A stretch of DNA of 64,000 nucleotides from Lepidodermella squamata (GCA_047495785.1 JBLDXI010000003.1:62001-126000), one strand, 5' to 3'. Positions 1 through 12,598 are shown, counted from the stretch's first letter. Program-made: numbers and translations. The notes: a model not told the origin generated them from the letters alone.

Positions 1-1790
1 CGACCGGAGCGTTTCGCTAGCATCAACGCATTCCAACCGTCTTTTTTACGAATTTCGAGATTCGCCAAATTTTCTCCCTCCTTCATTTCAAATTCGCACA
101 GCAATTGCACGCATTTCATATGGCCGTAATAGGCCGCTTCCAAGAGAGCAGTGCCGGTATTGTCATCCCTCGCCGGCTTATAATAATCTACGAAATCCCG
201 CAATTTCTCGATCGCAGCCTCCCTCGATAAATTGTTCACTCGCTGCTCGAGATTCAATTTCGAATCAAGCAGGACTCGCAGTAATTCGAAGTGACCGAAC
301 GTACTGACGATTTGCACGCAAGTCGATCGATTCCCGATATCGCTGCTTCCAACGTTATGCTTCGATTTGTCGTAACGTGCGTCGACCAATTTCAACATAA
401 CCGCATCTCCGCGGAGTCGCGAAATCGAAATCACAAATGGCATATCACCAATAGCACAAGCTGAGAAGAAATTAGATTCCAGAATCAGATCGACACTGTC
501 AGATGCAAAACCGAGTGACTCGATCGCGGTATTTTCAGGTGTGAAACCGAATGAATCAATCGAAATCGAACTCAGACTTTTCAATCTTTCGACTTCTCGC
601 TCAAGTTCAGCATTGCGCTCTTTCAACCTGACCAGCTGCCGGTGTAAATAAGTACAACTGTCGTCTTCCTCGCGAATTGATTCCACGAGGTCACGAATGT
701 AATCGTCCTGCAAAACTTGTCTAACAGTCGAGCGTTTATCGTGGTCGCGAACCAGTAGCCGGCTTTCAATCAGGCTAAGCAGTCCATCATAATAGACGAA
801 CGAATCTGACGGAGGTGGCTTGACGCTGAAATGAGGTCGGTTTATTAGCGTCGAAACGCAGGAGAGTGAAGCTTACTCAAGGTTGCTGAAGGTACGCACA
901 AGTTCGAAGACATCTCCAGGAAACGGAAGATTCATTGTTGCCAATTCATATGCAATAACACCCAAAGCCCAGACATCGACTGCCGGCTTACTTTTCAGTT
1001 CTTTGAATTTCTCCGGGACAATGCTTTCGGGTGGCAAATGGGTTAACGTACCAACACGCCCGGCAAGAGTAGAGCTGTCGTCAGCTGCAAGCTTAGCCAG
1101 GCCAAAATCAGCAATCTTGACAGTAGTTCCATCACTACTTAACAATACATTCTGTCTCAAGAAAGAAGTTGTTAATATTATTATTAATCTGATTTGCAAT
1201 CTCGTACATCGCATTTCAAATCCCGGTGCACAATCGAGAAATCATGCAGGTAATTCAAACCCATGGTGATTTGAGCTAGCCACAATTTTACTTCGTCGGC
1301 TGAAAATAGTTCCGGCACTATAGCTTCGTTCGACGTCGGATCAAATTTGCGTTTAACAATCAGATCTTTCAGACTGCCGCTGCCGCAGTATTCCAGCTCA
1401 ATAGTTATATTCTTTTCATCTAGAAGTGATCAAACATTGAGAAACATGAGCAAAGATTAACTTCAACCGATAACCCTTACCAATCCAAGAATGGTATATT
1501 CTGACGATATTCGGATGGCTCAACGTGACCAGAAGCTTCGCCTGCGTTCAATTTACGATCGATTGTCAAAAGCAGGCGCGAAATATTAACAAACGCCTTA
1601 CCTCGGTCTTGGCTAGCTTTAAGACTTTGGGATTTTTGAAAAGTGCCTTTTTAAGCGAAACCGTTTTGAGTACAACAGGCCGATTTGCAATGTAAAGGTC
1701 TGCCGTTGCGAACGCGCCTTCTCCCAGAGATTTCACAGGTGTAAAAGAAGCCTCATTGCCTTGAGTAGTAAACTTCAAAGGTTCTGCCAT
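1..1790 (-). CDS. Ser/Thr protein kinase (NEK-like N-lobe) followed by coiled coil and ankyrin repeats; 3' end outside window
   Basis: Exons about 1790-1602, 1541-1481, 1419-1209, 1152-877, 825-<1 with GT-AG introns. Motifs LGEGAFA, VVLK, HPNIV, LEYCGSGSL, HRDLKCDN, DFG, GTLTHLPPE, DVWALG. Last exon encodes LKERNAELEREVERLK and ankyrin-like TALLEAAYYGHMKCVQLLCE and GWNALMLA. Confidence 0.85.
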
Positions 1791-2875
1791 CGAAGAGCGT
1801 TGTCTATCAGGAAACGCAAACTAATCTCATCGATCAGTGAAGGCACTTGCTGTCACTGAATGCATAATGCATACATGGTAAAATCGTCACTCGCAGCACA
1901 TCAGATCGTCAGGTCGGACGGCTTTCCGCAGGCTCACAGCTCACAACAGATCTCAGATCACATTGAAACGCGCGCGAGCAACCATTAATTTTTGACATTT
2001 ATCAAACAAAAAACCTTCCGATCCAAATCTAAATTGAATTTTATTTTCGAGTAATCATGATTCAGCTCAAATGAAATAATCATTTTTTAGGTTGCCCGCG
2101 CAAACAAGGAAGTCCGCGGTCGTGTGTTCCTACGACGCTTTTCGTGGGATCGAAACGAGTTTTTCTGAGCGCCGCGAGACGCGGGTTCGAAGTTCGAAGA
2201 AACGGACGATGTTTTATTGATGGCAGGCTTTTGCTTTCAAGTGAGGATGGGATGATCATATTGTGCATTCTGGGAGAAAGCGTGGTTGAGGCAGTTGTGT
2301 GAAACGAATGGCGAATGGCTTCGAAAAATGATCGCGAGAGAAGTCGCTGTCTGATCCAATGAACAATGAATTAGCTATAATTTCTATATAGTCACCGGTT
2401 GTATCTGCGCATTTCGCATTGCTTCAGCGCGCACTTTTTCGATTGCTTAGAGCGTCAAGCTGCCCACGACGATTGCGATTCGCCGGTGTTGGCCTTCTTG
2501 ATTTCTTTATCAAAGTAGCTTTTGACTCGTTATCAAAGCTTGACAATTTTCGGCCGCACCATTTTGCTATCCTATGCAAGTTGTGAGTCGAGTAGCTTGT
2601 TATGTGGGGTGCGTATCGATTAGATGAAAGTTGGGTGGCGCCAACTGAAGAAATTGCAAGGTTCCCTACTGTGGTTACTTGGTGACTGCTATTGGTTTCA
2701 TTCAGGTGAACTGCACCTGCGATTGTGTGCACTATTTTATTTTGGACTGCGCACGGAGGAAGTTCAGTATCACCACAATTTATCGAGTGCAGTTATCAAT
2801 CAAATTGCTACATGTTAATAAATCCTCAGAAATTTTATTTATTGGTTTGTTTGAAGCAACTGAAATTCAAGCGAG

Positions 2876-3955
2876 ATGAATTCAAATCCAGCTGATGGCA
2901 CTTACTTGAAATTGGAAACTCGTAGCAATATGCCTCCTCAGCAATACGTGTATTCGCTGTTTCATCTGCGCAACTTGCCGAAATGCATCGAAGTTTTCGT
3001 GGAGAAGAACATCGCCAATGAAATTTCTAGTGGCGAACCTGTTGATGTTCATGCGCTTGCAAACCGTTTGAAATACCACGAAGACACACTGCGGCGCATT
3101 CTAAGCTTCCTTGCCAGCCATGGCATTCTGAAAGAACTAGAAGGAGATAGGTTCATTGGTACCGAATTTTCGGATGTTCTCCGCGACGACCATTCCCATT
3201 CTGTCGCTGCTGCTCTACGTTATTCAAGCCGCCGGGAAATGCAATTAGCTATGATGGAGCTCGGCTCAACGTTGGACGCAGGCGAGCCTTCGTTCAAGAT
3301 CGCCAATGGCATGCCGTTCTACGAATACCTGAACCATCACCCGGAATCAGAAGCTGCTTTTAATAAGGCTGTTTCGCACATGAGCGATACATCGCGAGGC
3401 AAACTGTTAAATTCACTGTATGACTTTTCGCGTTTCACTTCCATCGCGGACATTGCTGGGGGCCGGGGTGGCCTGATTGCTGAGGTGCTGCGTCTTAACG
3501 TAAAGGCTAGTGGGGTTTTGTTTGAACGCGAGGCTGTGCTAGCTCAAATTGTGCCCGAGTTGACGGAGCCGGGCATTAAAGAGCGCTTCTGCGCGGTAGC
3601 TGGCAATGCGCTTGAGAAAATTGACGTCGACGCGGAGTTGTTCTTACTAGCGAGTACTTTGTGCAGCTTCAGCGATGAAGGCTCGTCGAAAATTCTAGTG
3701 AATATTGCGTCTGCCATCGCCGCCGCTGGTCGCAAATCGTCGAGGCTGCTCATCTTGGAAATGGCGATGGAAAACGAGCCGAATGAGCCGGCGATCCTCA
3801 ACCGCGGCGCTGATCTGTTTCACCTCGCCATTATGGGCGGTAAATTTCGCTGCGTGAAAGCAATGCGCAGCCTCATCGAGCGAAATGGCTTTAAATTATT
3901 GACCACCATCAATATGCCTCCGATGCATCTAATCTATGAATGCGAACTTGCCTGA
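2876..3955 (+). CDS. SAM-dependent O-methyltransferase-like protein (ASMT/COMT class II, dimerisation plus Methyltransf_2 domains), intronless
   Basis: 359-aa ORF with N-terminal winged-helix LRRILSFLASHGIL, then PFYEYL..HPE..AFNKA, SAM motif IADIAGGRG, GVLFER, VAGN, LLILE, GGK.R. Confidence 0.85.
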   Translation: MNSNPADGTYLKLETRSNMPPQQYVYSLFHLRNLPKCIEVFVEKNIANEISSGEPVDVHALANRLKYHEDTLRRILSFLASHGILKELEGDRFIGTEFSDVLRDDHSHSVAAALRYSSRREMQLAMMELGSTLDAGEPSFKIANGMPFYEYLNHHPESEAAFNKAVSHMSDTSRGKLLNSLYDFSRFTSIADIAGGRGGLIAEVLRLNVKASGVLFEREAVLAQIVPELTEPGIKERFCAVAGNALEKIDVDAELFLLASTLCSFSDEGSSKILVNIASAIAAAGRKSSRLLILEMAMENEPNEPAILNRGADLFHLAIMGGKFRCVKAMRSLIERNGFKLLTTINMPPMHLIYECELA

Positions 3956-4424
3956 AGCGCCGCAGCATTGGATTTCCGATTTCTTTGCTTTGATTTATCA
4001 CGAAAGTTTCGAGTGCAGCAACTGTTTCGGTTGGCAATTTGATATTGGGAGCGACAAGATTGAAAATCGGCCCTATGTCGCCAACTTGCGCCTGATTCTT
4101 GCCATCTTTCATCATCGTTCCGTCGTCGTTGCAGCTGTGATTTGGCCATCATGGGCGTGGCATTTATTTTGTGATGCTTATATGATTTTTACGTTGTTAT
4201 GCCTGCGTGAAATCAGTAGTTTTGTTGTTAGTAAGTAACACACATCAGGTAATAAACTCTGTTGTATAACGTGTTTTCCATTATTGTTGCGATGGAAAAC
4301 CGCAATTTCTCATAATTGCTATCGTTAAGTGACAGTAATTTTCGCAAAATTTCGTTAAGATATGGCTAAATTTCGGTTTCACTCTCTTGTCTAGATTCCA
4401 ATTGCTGCTAATACTTATAGAAAA

Positions 4425-4790
4425 ATGTTGAGTGGAATAATGAAAAAGCACCAGCTTCAGTTGGAGAAGCAAAAAGAGAGTCAGGAGTTGGCGAAGAAGG
4501 ACGCGATCGCTTCGATCAGCACATTCCAGAACACCGTCGTCGACTACATGAACGTGAGCGTAGCGATGGCATATCAGAACCAGAAGAAACTCGACGTCGA
4601 GGTGAAAAATTTGCAGTCGAACACGACGAAACTGACGAAGCAAATCGGCGACTGGATTAAACTCTCGGCTGCTTTCAACCAGGCCCTCAAAGAACTGGGC
4701 GATATCGAGAATTGGGCTGCTTCGCTCGAGGCGGACATGCGCATGATAAGCACTAGTCTCGAATACGCGTACAACTGCGAGAAACCTTGA
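4425..4790 (+). CDS. BLOC1S1: BLOC-1 subunit 1 (GCN5L1)
   Basis: 121 aa with signature AYQNQKKLDVE and FNQALKELGDIENWA..LEADMRMISTSLEYAY. Confidence 0.93.
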   Translation: MLSGIMKKHQLQLEKQKESQELAKKDAIASISTFQNTVVDYMNVSVAMAYQNQKKLDVEVKNLQSNTTKLTKQIGDWIKLSAAFNQALKELGDIENWAASLEADMRMISTSLEYAYNCEKP

Positions 4791-4911
4791 ATGCTATTGA
4801 TTGTCTTTTTATAATATTGCTATTTTACGACATCATCGAAAATCAGTGTAATAAATTATCGTGATTTTTTTCTATTAATGAATTGCTCTTGATTGTTTTA
4901 GGTGTGTTTTG

Positions 4912-7452
4912 ATGAATAAAGTGTGGCTTGGCGGCGGTAGGCGGCGAAAATCCAGCTCTGCGAGCACTTCTGCGAAAAAGCGCAGATTATCCATTACCGA
5001 ACAGAGTTTCGAAAAGAAAAAGGAGCAATGCGACTACTGCCGGCGGCCTGAAGCTTTAGAGAGTGATTTGGTAATTTTCATACCTAAAACTAGATCTTAG
5101 AATGAAGCTGATTTGTCGTTTTGCATTTCAGTTACCGAGTTCGAGCGTTTTGAACTGGCGCGACGTGTTAGGTCCGCTGGGCACAAATGGCAAAGCTCGA
5201 GTTCATTACTGCTGCGCTTTTTTCGCGCGAGATTTACCGCAGGAAGAAGCTGCGACGATGGAGGTGAACCATTCATTATTTTCAGCGCATTATTTCGATT
5301 AACCATTTTTTGGGACCAGTTATGCACACGTAGTTCCCCTGGGTTTTTTTCAGAGTGAAAATGTGCTAAAATAATGAAAAATATTAAAATGTCAGATTTG
5401 TGGAAATTATTCGACGGTTTCATGCTAGGGTCGTTTCGTTCAGAAGGAATACCTATTAACAAAAGAAATGTCAAGGTCCTTTGAACGAATCACGAAATTC
5501 CGAGGTTTGCGAAGAAACTTCGGAATCATTCAGGAATTTGTGAATTTCCTGCGGGAAATTGAATTAACAAGGTTTCTCCCAAGTTGGGCAATCTTCTTAA
5601 GCTTTTTGCTTAAATTTCTGAATTTTTCAGAATTAAGGCTACTCTGCTGTATCCATAATCTTCGATTCCATCGAAGAAATCCAGGAAAGATCAGTTCGGT
5701 AATTCCCGGTAGATCATTTCTTGGTGTTACGTAGAATTTGTCGAATTATTCATTTCCCTTTGAAAATGAATCTTTATAATCTTCCAAGTTCAGTTCATTT
5801 TCGATTTTCAGTTACTGGTTCGATTTTCTGAAAATTTAGAAAATAGTCGAGATGGTACTAGTTTTGATTTTCTCATTTGTTTTTCAACAGGCGACGTTCG
5901 GGTTCCGAGAGTCTGCGATCGTGGCGAACTTGGCGCGGAGCAGCCGCAGCCGGTGCGCGTTCTGCAACGGCGCGAACGCTGCGACGAAATGCGCGAAATG
6001 CTCGACGTGCTTCCACTTTCCGTGCGGCGTCGAGCACGGCGCGTTGTTCAACTACTCGACCTTCGACGCGTTCTGCCCGCGCCACCGCCCGCAGCAGCAG
6101 CAGCAACGGCCTGGCAGTAAGCAGCAGCAGATGCATTCTTCGAACAGAAACAACGAAGACAATAACACGAGACATCGCAATATTTTCGAGCAGCTCGAAC
6201 TCGAAGATGAGCAGCATCAAAGACAACAGCAACAGCAACAGACACAAAAATCGAATGATGATGATGATGATGATGACGATGACAGGTGGATGTGTTTGAT
6301 TTGCCGCGAACTCGTCCCTACAACGACGACATCGGCAGATGGCCATAGTAGCAGCAATAACGTGTACGAAGCGGTTTGCTGCCAGCGAGCTTTCCACCGC
6401 GACTGTCTACAGGTGAGTACTTTTTCTACATTGGTCTTAATATTAGCAATTCGAACCTCTGAAATTGAGGGTCAATCACTAAATGTCCCCAATCATTTGC
6501 GATTCCGACTGTATTCAACTGTGTCTATTTCCGCAAAACATCTAATATATCAGCATCCGCTCAGATTTCAACCAAATGCCTTGGAAATTTGAGGAACAAC
6601 ACAACATTGAATGATGGGGAATTGTTTGGTATTCAATTAGGCCAGGCTTTCTTGATCCCCATGATGCTAAGATGTTTCATTCGAGGATGTAGCTAGGGGG
6701 GAGGATGGGGGGGGGGGGGGGGTTGCTCGCGAATCGACTTTTTCAAGTAGTTATCTGCGCACCAAAATGTTTGAACCCGAGGGGAAAGAATTATCACACC
6801 ACCCAAAAAAGCCACTGATTTCTTTGTAGCAACCTGGTACCCCATTGGGTAGTAAATGATGGCTCCGAAGCTCTCGTTGCAGGGGAAACTTGGCCTTGAA
6901 GGCAACCAGGGTCCCGCTTACATGTTTCCCCTTTCGAGTAAATCTCTTGCAACAAGAAAACAGAGCTTGAAGATGGTTACTACTATTGTTGGTTGATATT
7001 GATTGCAGGCGTACTGTTTCTCGGCGGCGGCGTTCCACGTCAAGTGCCCGCACTGCGGGGACGCGTCTGAGGCGCTCAAGGCGCACATGCGCACGTGGGG
7101 CCTGCACCTGCCGCTGCGCGACGCGGCGTGGGAGCGCGGCGAGGAGGCGCGCGTGCTCTTCGCCGACCAGCACGAGCCGCCCCTCTTCGTGTGCTACGCG
7201 CGCTCGTGCCTGTGCCCGCGCGGCCGGTCGTTCGACGGCGGCGCCGGCTCGCCGTACGCGCAGCTCAACTGCTGCGTGTGCGGCACCAACGCCGTGCACC
7301 GCTCGTGCACCATCGCGGCGCACCTCGGCACGGCGTGGGCGTGCATCGACTGCGACGACTCGCGCTCCACCGAGTCGAACGACCTGCGCCACTTGCCAGG
7401 CAACAACAACGACCGAGGCTACGAGGACGACGACGAAGATGTCTACCTCTAA
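4912..7452 (+). CDS. PHF7/G2E3/pineapple-eye-like PHD-finger protein (ePHD + RING-like + PHD, no HECT domain)
   Basis: Exons 4912-5070, 5132-5263, 5891-6412, 7009-7452. Motifs CDYC..VHYCCAFF, CAFCNGANAATKCAKCSTCFHFPCG, FCPRH, CLIC..CC..FHRDCLQ, KCPHC, LPLRDAAWE, CLCPRGR, CCVCGTNAVHRSC, WACIDC. Confidence 0.8.
6696..6723 (+). repeat. Intronic poly-G tract (G-quadruplex potential)
   Basis: G6 AGGAT followed by a run of about 17 G in intron 3 of the PHD gene. Confidence 0.7.
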
Positions 7453-8062
7453 AACTTATACATGAATATCAAAACTCATCGAAATACCTCGAACGAATGT
7501 CTGCACACTCAATAATGAGCGCTTTCAAGCATCAGCTTTGTTTGTTCCCTCCCTCTCATCATTTGAGAAACTCATGCCTTACTTCTCGCTCATGACAACA
7601 CTTATTTTATGCATCATAATGATACTATTTTCTACGTTAATATCGTGAAATAAGCGGTATGCTTCCCGTCTTGAATAACGTATTGAATCAGGGTCTGAGT
7701 TTCGCTTCCACATACATGTTAAATAATGTCTCTTGTTGTTGTCTCTGTGTATGCCATCTTTATTTGATGTTTCTTTTTTTGATATTTATCGGGTTTATTT
7801 TTTGGTTGATACAATACACTGCTTATACTTATTAATTCATTGCTCGAGATGGACTTTGATGATGCAGTTTCCTTGTGATTTGATTTGTTGCTTGCTCCTC
7901 GTTTCATCTTCTCGCTGTTTTACTATATGCGCCTTCGATATGATGTAATACTTTTACCTGGTATTACCTATACTGTTTGATTAATTGGACTGTTTTCTGC
8001 TTTTGCTTTTGTATACAACAACAGCCTTATGCTTTAATTCTCTACTACGCATAACTACTAAG

Positions 8063-9446
8063 TGTACTCGCTCGAGGGATTGATTTAATTTCACACACTC
8101 AACACTGATAATGGTTGGCAGTACCTGAAAATTGGTGATGGCTCAAATTTGTATCACCCGAAAAGGAATGTTCCACCTGATGAGAATAAAGCTCATTACA
8201 AATATGTGGTTAAACCTGATTTTATTGGTACAGCATGTGCTGAGATATCGATGCCACTTGCCGAGTTGATCGAGAGTTCGGTACTTATATGATTCGCTGC
8301 ATTCACTATTCACTCAACACGAGCAGCTAGCCATTTGGTTTCTGATTGAAAATTGTAAGCTTCGAAGGCTTTTAGACCGTGGGCGTTGTCCGTTGCCCCG
8401 GATGACCACTGATAAACAGAAATATGAGCGATGACTGACAACAAGTGCACCGTTACAATTCTTTCGACGCTATTCAGGCAGCTTTTCTTTCGCCGAAGCA
8501 GTTTTTACGTGCTTCAGTCCGGCTTCCCAGTGGTACGTACATCAAGCCACCAGAGATTCGATCGGGCAGTTTCTGTCTTGACTTCAACTCAGATGCTCAA
8601 TTGCTAATTCATGCTGGCAGCGAGAGTCCGAATATAGAGTTTCCCGTGGATTTAAGTCAAGTCCGTAAATGGCTTTATATAGATCGAATGAATAAATTGA
8701 TTGGTACGGTTGGAATTTTTATTTATCAAGAATTCAATTAATGTTAAAAATGGGGTTGAGGACTGTCGGTTGAGGCCTATATTCTCAACTATTGATGAAG
8801 TGCTAATTTTTTAATTCGCTTTACTGTCAACTTATCAGTATATCAGCACTTGTGTTTTGCAGCTTTAATCATATTGAATGCATTTCGCGATTCGTCGAAG
8901 TCGGCTGGGTTGTCACAACCTTATCGTTCATTTGCTGCATCAACGAACCGAGTCATTTAAAAAAGTCAACTATTGTTATTCTTTCATAATAAAAATCGAA
9001 CTCACGTTTGCCATCTGAATCAGCGAACAGCAGCTACAACACCAAGACACCATGAAATCTTTGCAGCAGGTGCCCTATTTTACAAAAGGGCTACTTGATA
9101 GGGAAGTCGGAACAATTTGATAATAGCTTACTTCAATGTGGTACCGATCGCGGACTTCCCCACGCAGTATCGTCAAAAACGCAAGGTTTGCGATTGGGAC
9201 AAGGTACAACCAGCCACACGCACAGCAATTTTTATCGAATTTAGACCAGTTTTGCTGTCAAGTCAAAATAATGCTAATACTTTCCAACTTATGAATCAAT
9301 CAATTATTACTTACGCCGAATATTACACATGGCAGAAAATAAGCGCAGGCGCATGTTTCACAATGAACGCAACATTGGCAAAGACCAGTTTTCCAGTTTC
9401 CCCCAGCCGCAGCCATTTTCAATATCCAATATCAGCTCCAAGCTAA
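8063..9446 (+). pseudogene. Possible decayed multi-exon gene of unknown family
   Basis: Protein-like open stretches (about 8063-8280, 8445-8660, 9030-9446) bounded by AG/GT-like sites but with in-frame stops; no recognisable family. Confidence 0.25.
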
Positions 9447-10645
9447 TAAACAAATTTGATGCTATATATTGAAGTTATAGGCGTGATTAAGATTCAGCGC
9501 TGCAGAAAGCATAGGTAGGGATAAGAAATAAAAAGGATCGGAATTAGTAATCGGGTTACAAGTTTGCGCCGTTGCTGGCATCGGCAAGATTTCAACCTGT
9601 TAAAATGCCGAAATGTGAATGCCCAAGTTTCGGCGCTCTATAGGCAACTCTATAGGCGCGCTTTTTCCTTTTTGTTTTGTCTACATTCTTTCACTGCATT
9701 ACTTGCATCAGGTATTGACATTTGAATAGAAGAAAAACCTGTGAATAGAGTTGTTTTTTAGATCGTTTTCACTGAAGTGCCTTAAAATATCATTGAAGAC
9801 AACGATGACGCAGGCCGTCCGTTCGGTTATTGCTGCCGTTAGTAGGTACGATGAAAGCAACCAGCCTGACCACTGAATAGTGGTATGCCGAAAGCGAACA
9901 GCTAGCAGTGATCAAACGCTTCTTATATTGATTTAACTTGATTTAACATGTTAGCAGCTTCGTTATTTTTATTCGTCCTGCTCTCCGCTAGGAATTAATG
10001 TATTGACTTGCCATGTTGTAGAGTGAAAGATGAAACGACCAGTGGTTTGAAAAACCGATATCAAGAAAGAGTCAAGAAAAATGTGTCTGAGATTTCATTT
10101 CAGTTTCCCTATTGATTTTGAATTTCACTGTGAATTACATTAGGGAGTCCGTATAGAATACTCTCAACTACCGGCGTATCCAGACTATTGAAGGAATAAA
10201 AGGCGTCGGGGTATTCTTGGCCCGCATCCTGCGTGCTACTTGGCCACCACATGATCGGGTTGGAGAAGACTGAACTAGTGACTCGTTCACTAAACTTAAG
10301 AATGTTATAAGGGTTTATCCAGTTTTCTGTATTACGTACATTGTGCAACATGATTTGAGATTCTCTCGATTTTAAAAATTAAAATACTCTATGCCCTCAC
10401 CCCTCATTCCTATATTATTTCTTTTCAACTTTGCCTGTTCCCGCCTCTTGGCTGGAGCTCCATTATTCCGATGGATTATTCAAGGTCACAGAATTATAAA
10501 TTAGGGAATGTAGATGCCATGATACGAAGGGACCTGTGAACAAACAGGTGATTTCCCATACGCTTTTTTTCCTCTGTGCTTATAACGTGCAAAGGAAGTT
10601 TGCGTGTTGTACTATTCTCCGCTCCATTTCCACCAATTTTGTAAA

Positions 10646-11640
10646 ATGCGGTTTATTGAGGTTTCTCTCGTGGCTTTCGCTGGTTGTCTCATGCTGATGT
10701 ACCCTAAGCTAGCGGAAAGTGCCCAATTAACTGGAGGCCTTTGTCGCACCAATGCCGATTGTCCGTCAAACTACTAGTGAGTGCTTCTTCTGACACCTTG
10801 TGAATCACTCTGTCTTGAATTGCTATGCAGCTGCAAACTTCACTTCAATCACGGCGTGTGTACTCTGCGGGAGGGCGCAGACAACCAAGTTGGTTGCCAA
10901 GCGCTCTACGACCTGTGCGACCCCAGAAATCCACAGTGCTGCGCTGGACTGTAAGAAATTTCACACGTTTCCCAGACTTCATCAGCTTTGCAAATATAAT
11001 GATAAAAGGCTTTAGCCGCGACTGAAAATTCACCGAGTAACAATTCCTACAGCCACCTCTTACACAGGGCTGGGATTATTGCAATGGTTTAACAAGATGC
11101 AAGGAAGCTACAACAGCAATCCAGGGGAATATCCAGTTCCTAGAAGAAAATCACCCTAATTCATCTACGTAATGCAGAAGGTTATCTACCGAAAGCATGA
11201 GTTCTAAACTGAATTCCGAACTTTCAGTTCCAGAATTCATGCTTTCGTAGATGAATTATGGCGATTTTAGTGCAAAAATAACATTTTCGTGTTATATGCA
11301 AGTATGTGACTCTGAGAGATAACCGACTTTTAGCGGCCCGTGCTTCTCGCCTTTCATGCTTCTTGCGGAACCGAATTCTCAACGCATGTTCGAAATTCGG
11401 TTCGAAGAAGATACCGAATAATAGGCGCCTAGAGGGCGCGAGATATGCTCCTGATACCTGATCTTCGAACGCATTCTTCGACTTTTTTATTGGCGTGGCA
11501 TTACAGCAACTATTCTATTGTTTTCTTACTTATCTAATCAAATGTGAGTTTTTTCTGCCATTTTCAGACGCTGCTCTCCAGCCCCGCCGAAGGGTGGCCT
11601 TCTTGGATGGACTTACCAGTGCTTCTCGTCATCCGACTAA
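10646..11640 (+). CDS. Secreted cysteine-rich peptide, copy A (signal peptide + 4-Cys module + inhibitor-cystine-knot-like module), 107 aa
   Basis: Exons 10646-10776, 10831-10950, 11568-11640 (GTGAGT..TGCAG; GTAAGA..TTTTCAG) splice in frame to MRFIEVSLVAFAGCLMLMYPKLAESAQLTGGLCRTNADCPSNYYCKLHFNHGVCTLREGADNQVGCQALYDLCDPRNPQCCAGLRCSPAPPKGGLLGWTYQCFSSSD. AATAAA at about 11707. Confidence 0.88.
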
Positions 11641-11740
11641 TGCCATCCAACTCTGACGAAACAACAATGAAGCTCTGACAACAATTTAAATCTTCATTTC
11701 GTTGCTAATAAAAGCAAAACATACGGCACATGGCTTAGAG

Positions 11741-12149
11741 TAGAGAGCAGGAATCCTTAATTTCGGTCGCTTCCTAAATTCGGCCGTTGCGACCTAACTT
11801 CGGCCACCGGCCGAAATTTGGGCACTTAGTTCTGTGTAGCAGTTTTTTTGCACGCAACTCAAGACATTTGCATTGTTGAGCCAATCTCCTTCATGATTTT
11901 TTCAAGCAGCACGTGATCGCAAAAAAATAATTATACGTGCGGGCGAGGGGGCTCATGTTGTTTCCCAAGTGCTTTGTTACCATAAACACCACAGAATTAG
12001 GCATCACGTCGTCAATGAAAAGCTCACAGGTAAATAATCAAAGGCGATTTCCACACCCAGCTTGCCGAGACGAATTTAACGGTATCAAACTTAAGGTATT
12101 AGCGTGACTGGATGGTGAGGTGGCAGAAATTAGGGCATCCGGCTCCCTA
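11741..12149. mobile_element. Degenerate MITE-like element between the two peptide genes
   Basis: Imperfect terminal inverted repeats TAGAGAGCAGGAATCCTTAATTTCGGTC / GGCAGAAATTAGGGCATCCGGCTCCCTA with TA ends. Confidence 0.4.
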
Positions 12150-12598
12150 ATTCCAGCCAGGAGTCTAGGTGACTACAAAAAAGCCATAAATCAAGGTAAA
12201 ATCGTCCGGACTTGCGGAAACCGGCATTCGATAGCCCAAGAACTCCTCTATAATTCTGTATTTGCCGAATATTTTCTATAAATTAACCTGTTTGGCAAAG
12301 AAGGAAAAACCCAAAAAGTAGCCGAATTTAGGGCGGGATGCTCTAAATATTTCATACAAAAATAAAAACAGCGCTCGTTTGAGTTAACGTAAAAATGATG
12401 ACGCAGCAGTCCCATGTCCGCAGCCGTGAACAAGGTCACGGAATTGTACGGAATTGTACTATGTACGATAGGAGTTGCCAGGTATGAACAAGCAGGTGTT
12501 TTCCCACACGTCAAATAGTTCATATATAAGCTTGTTGTGTGCTTGGCGGTTCGTGTCACAACATTCTCCGCCCAATTTCCAATTTCCAACTTCGTAAT

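Noticed and set aside
1860-1995. CATG/GTAAAA followed by AATTTTTGA, resembling a flatworm SL RNA gene (leader ending in AUG plus Sm site)
   Set aside because: The Sm-like site is about 110 nt from the donor, no recognisable leader or stem-loops are present, and it is single copy
2080-2830. Short ORFs between the kinase and the methyltransferase
   Set aside because: No consistent spliced frame or recognisable domain; may be UTR or decayed sequence
3909-4238. Small ORFs after the methyltransferase
   Set aside because: They overlap the probable 3' UTR and have no motifs
8177-8210. CTGATGAG hammerhead-like core
   Set aside because: No GAAA after the putative stem II and no stems I/III
10775-10780. 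TAG-TGA after the first peptide exon, suggesting stop read-through or a 43-aa peptide
   Set aside because: The stops overlap a GTGAGT splice donor, and splicing restores a continuous Cys-rich frame in both copies
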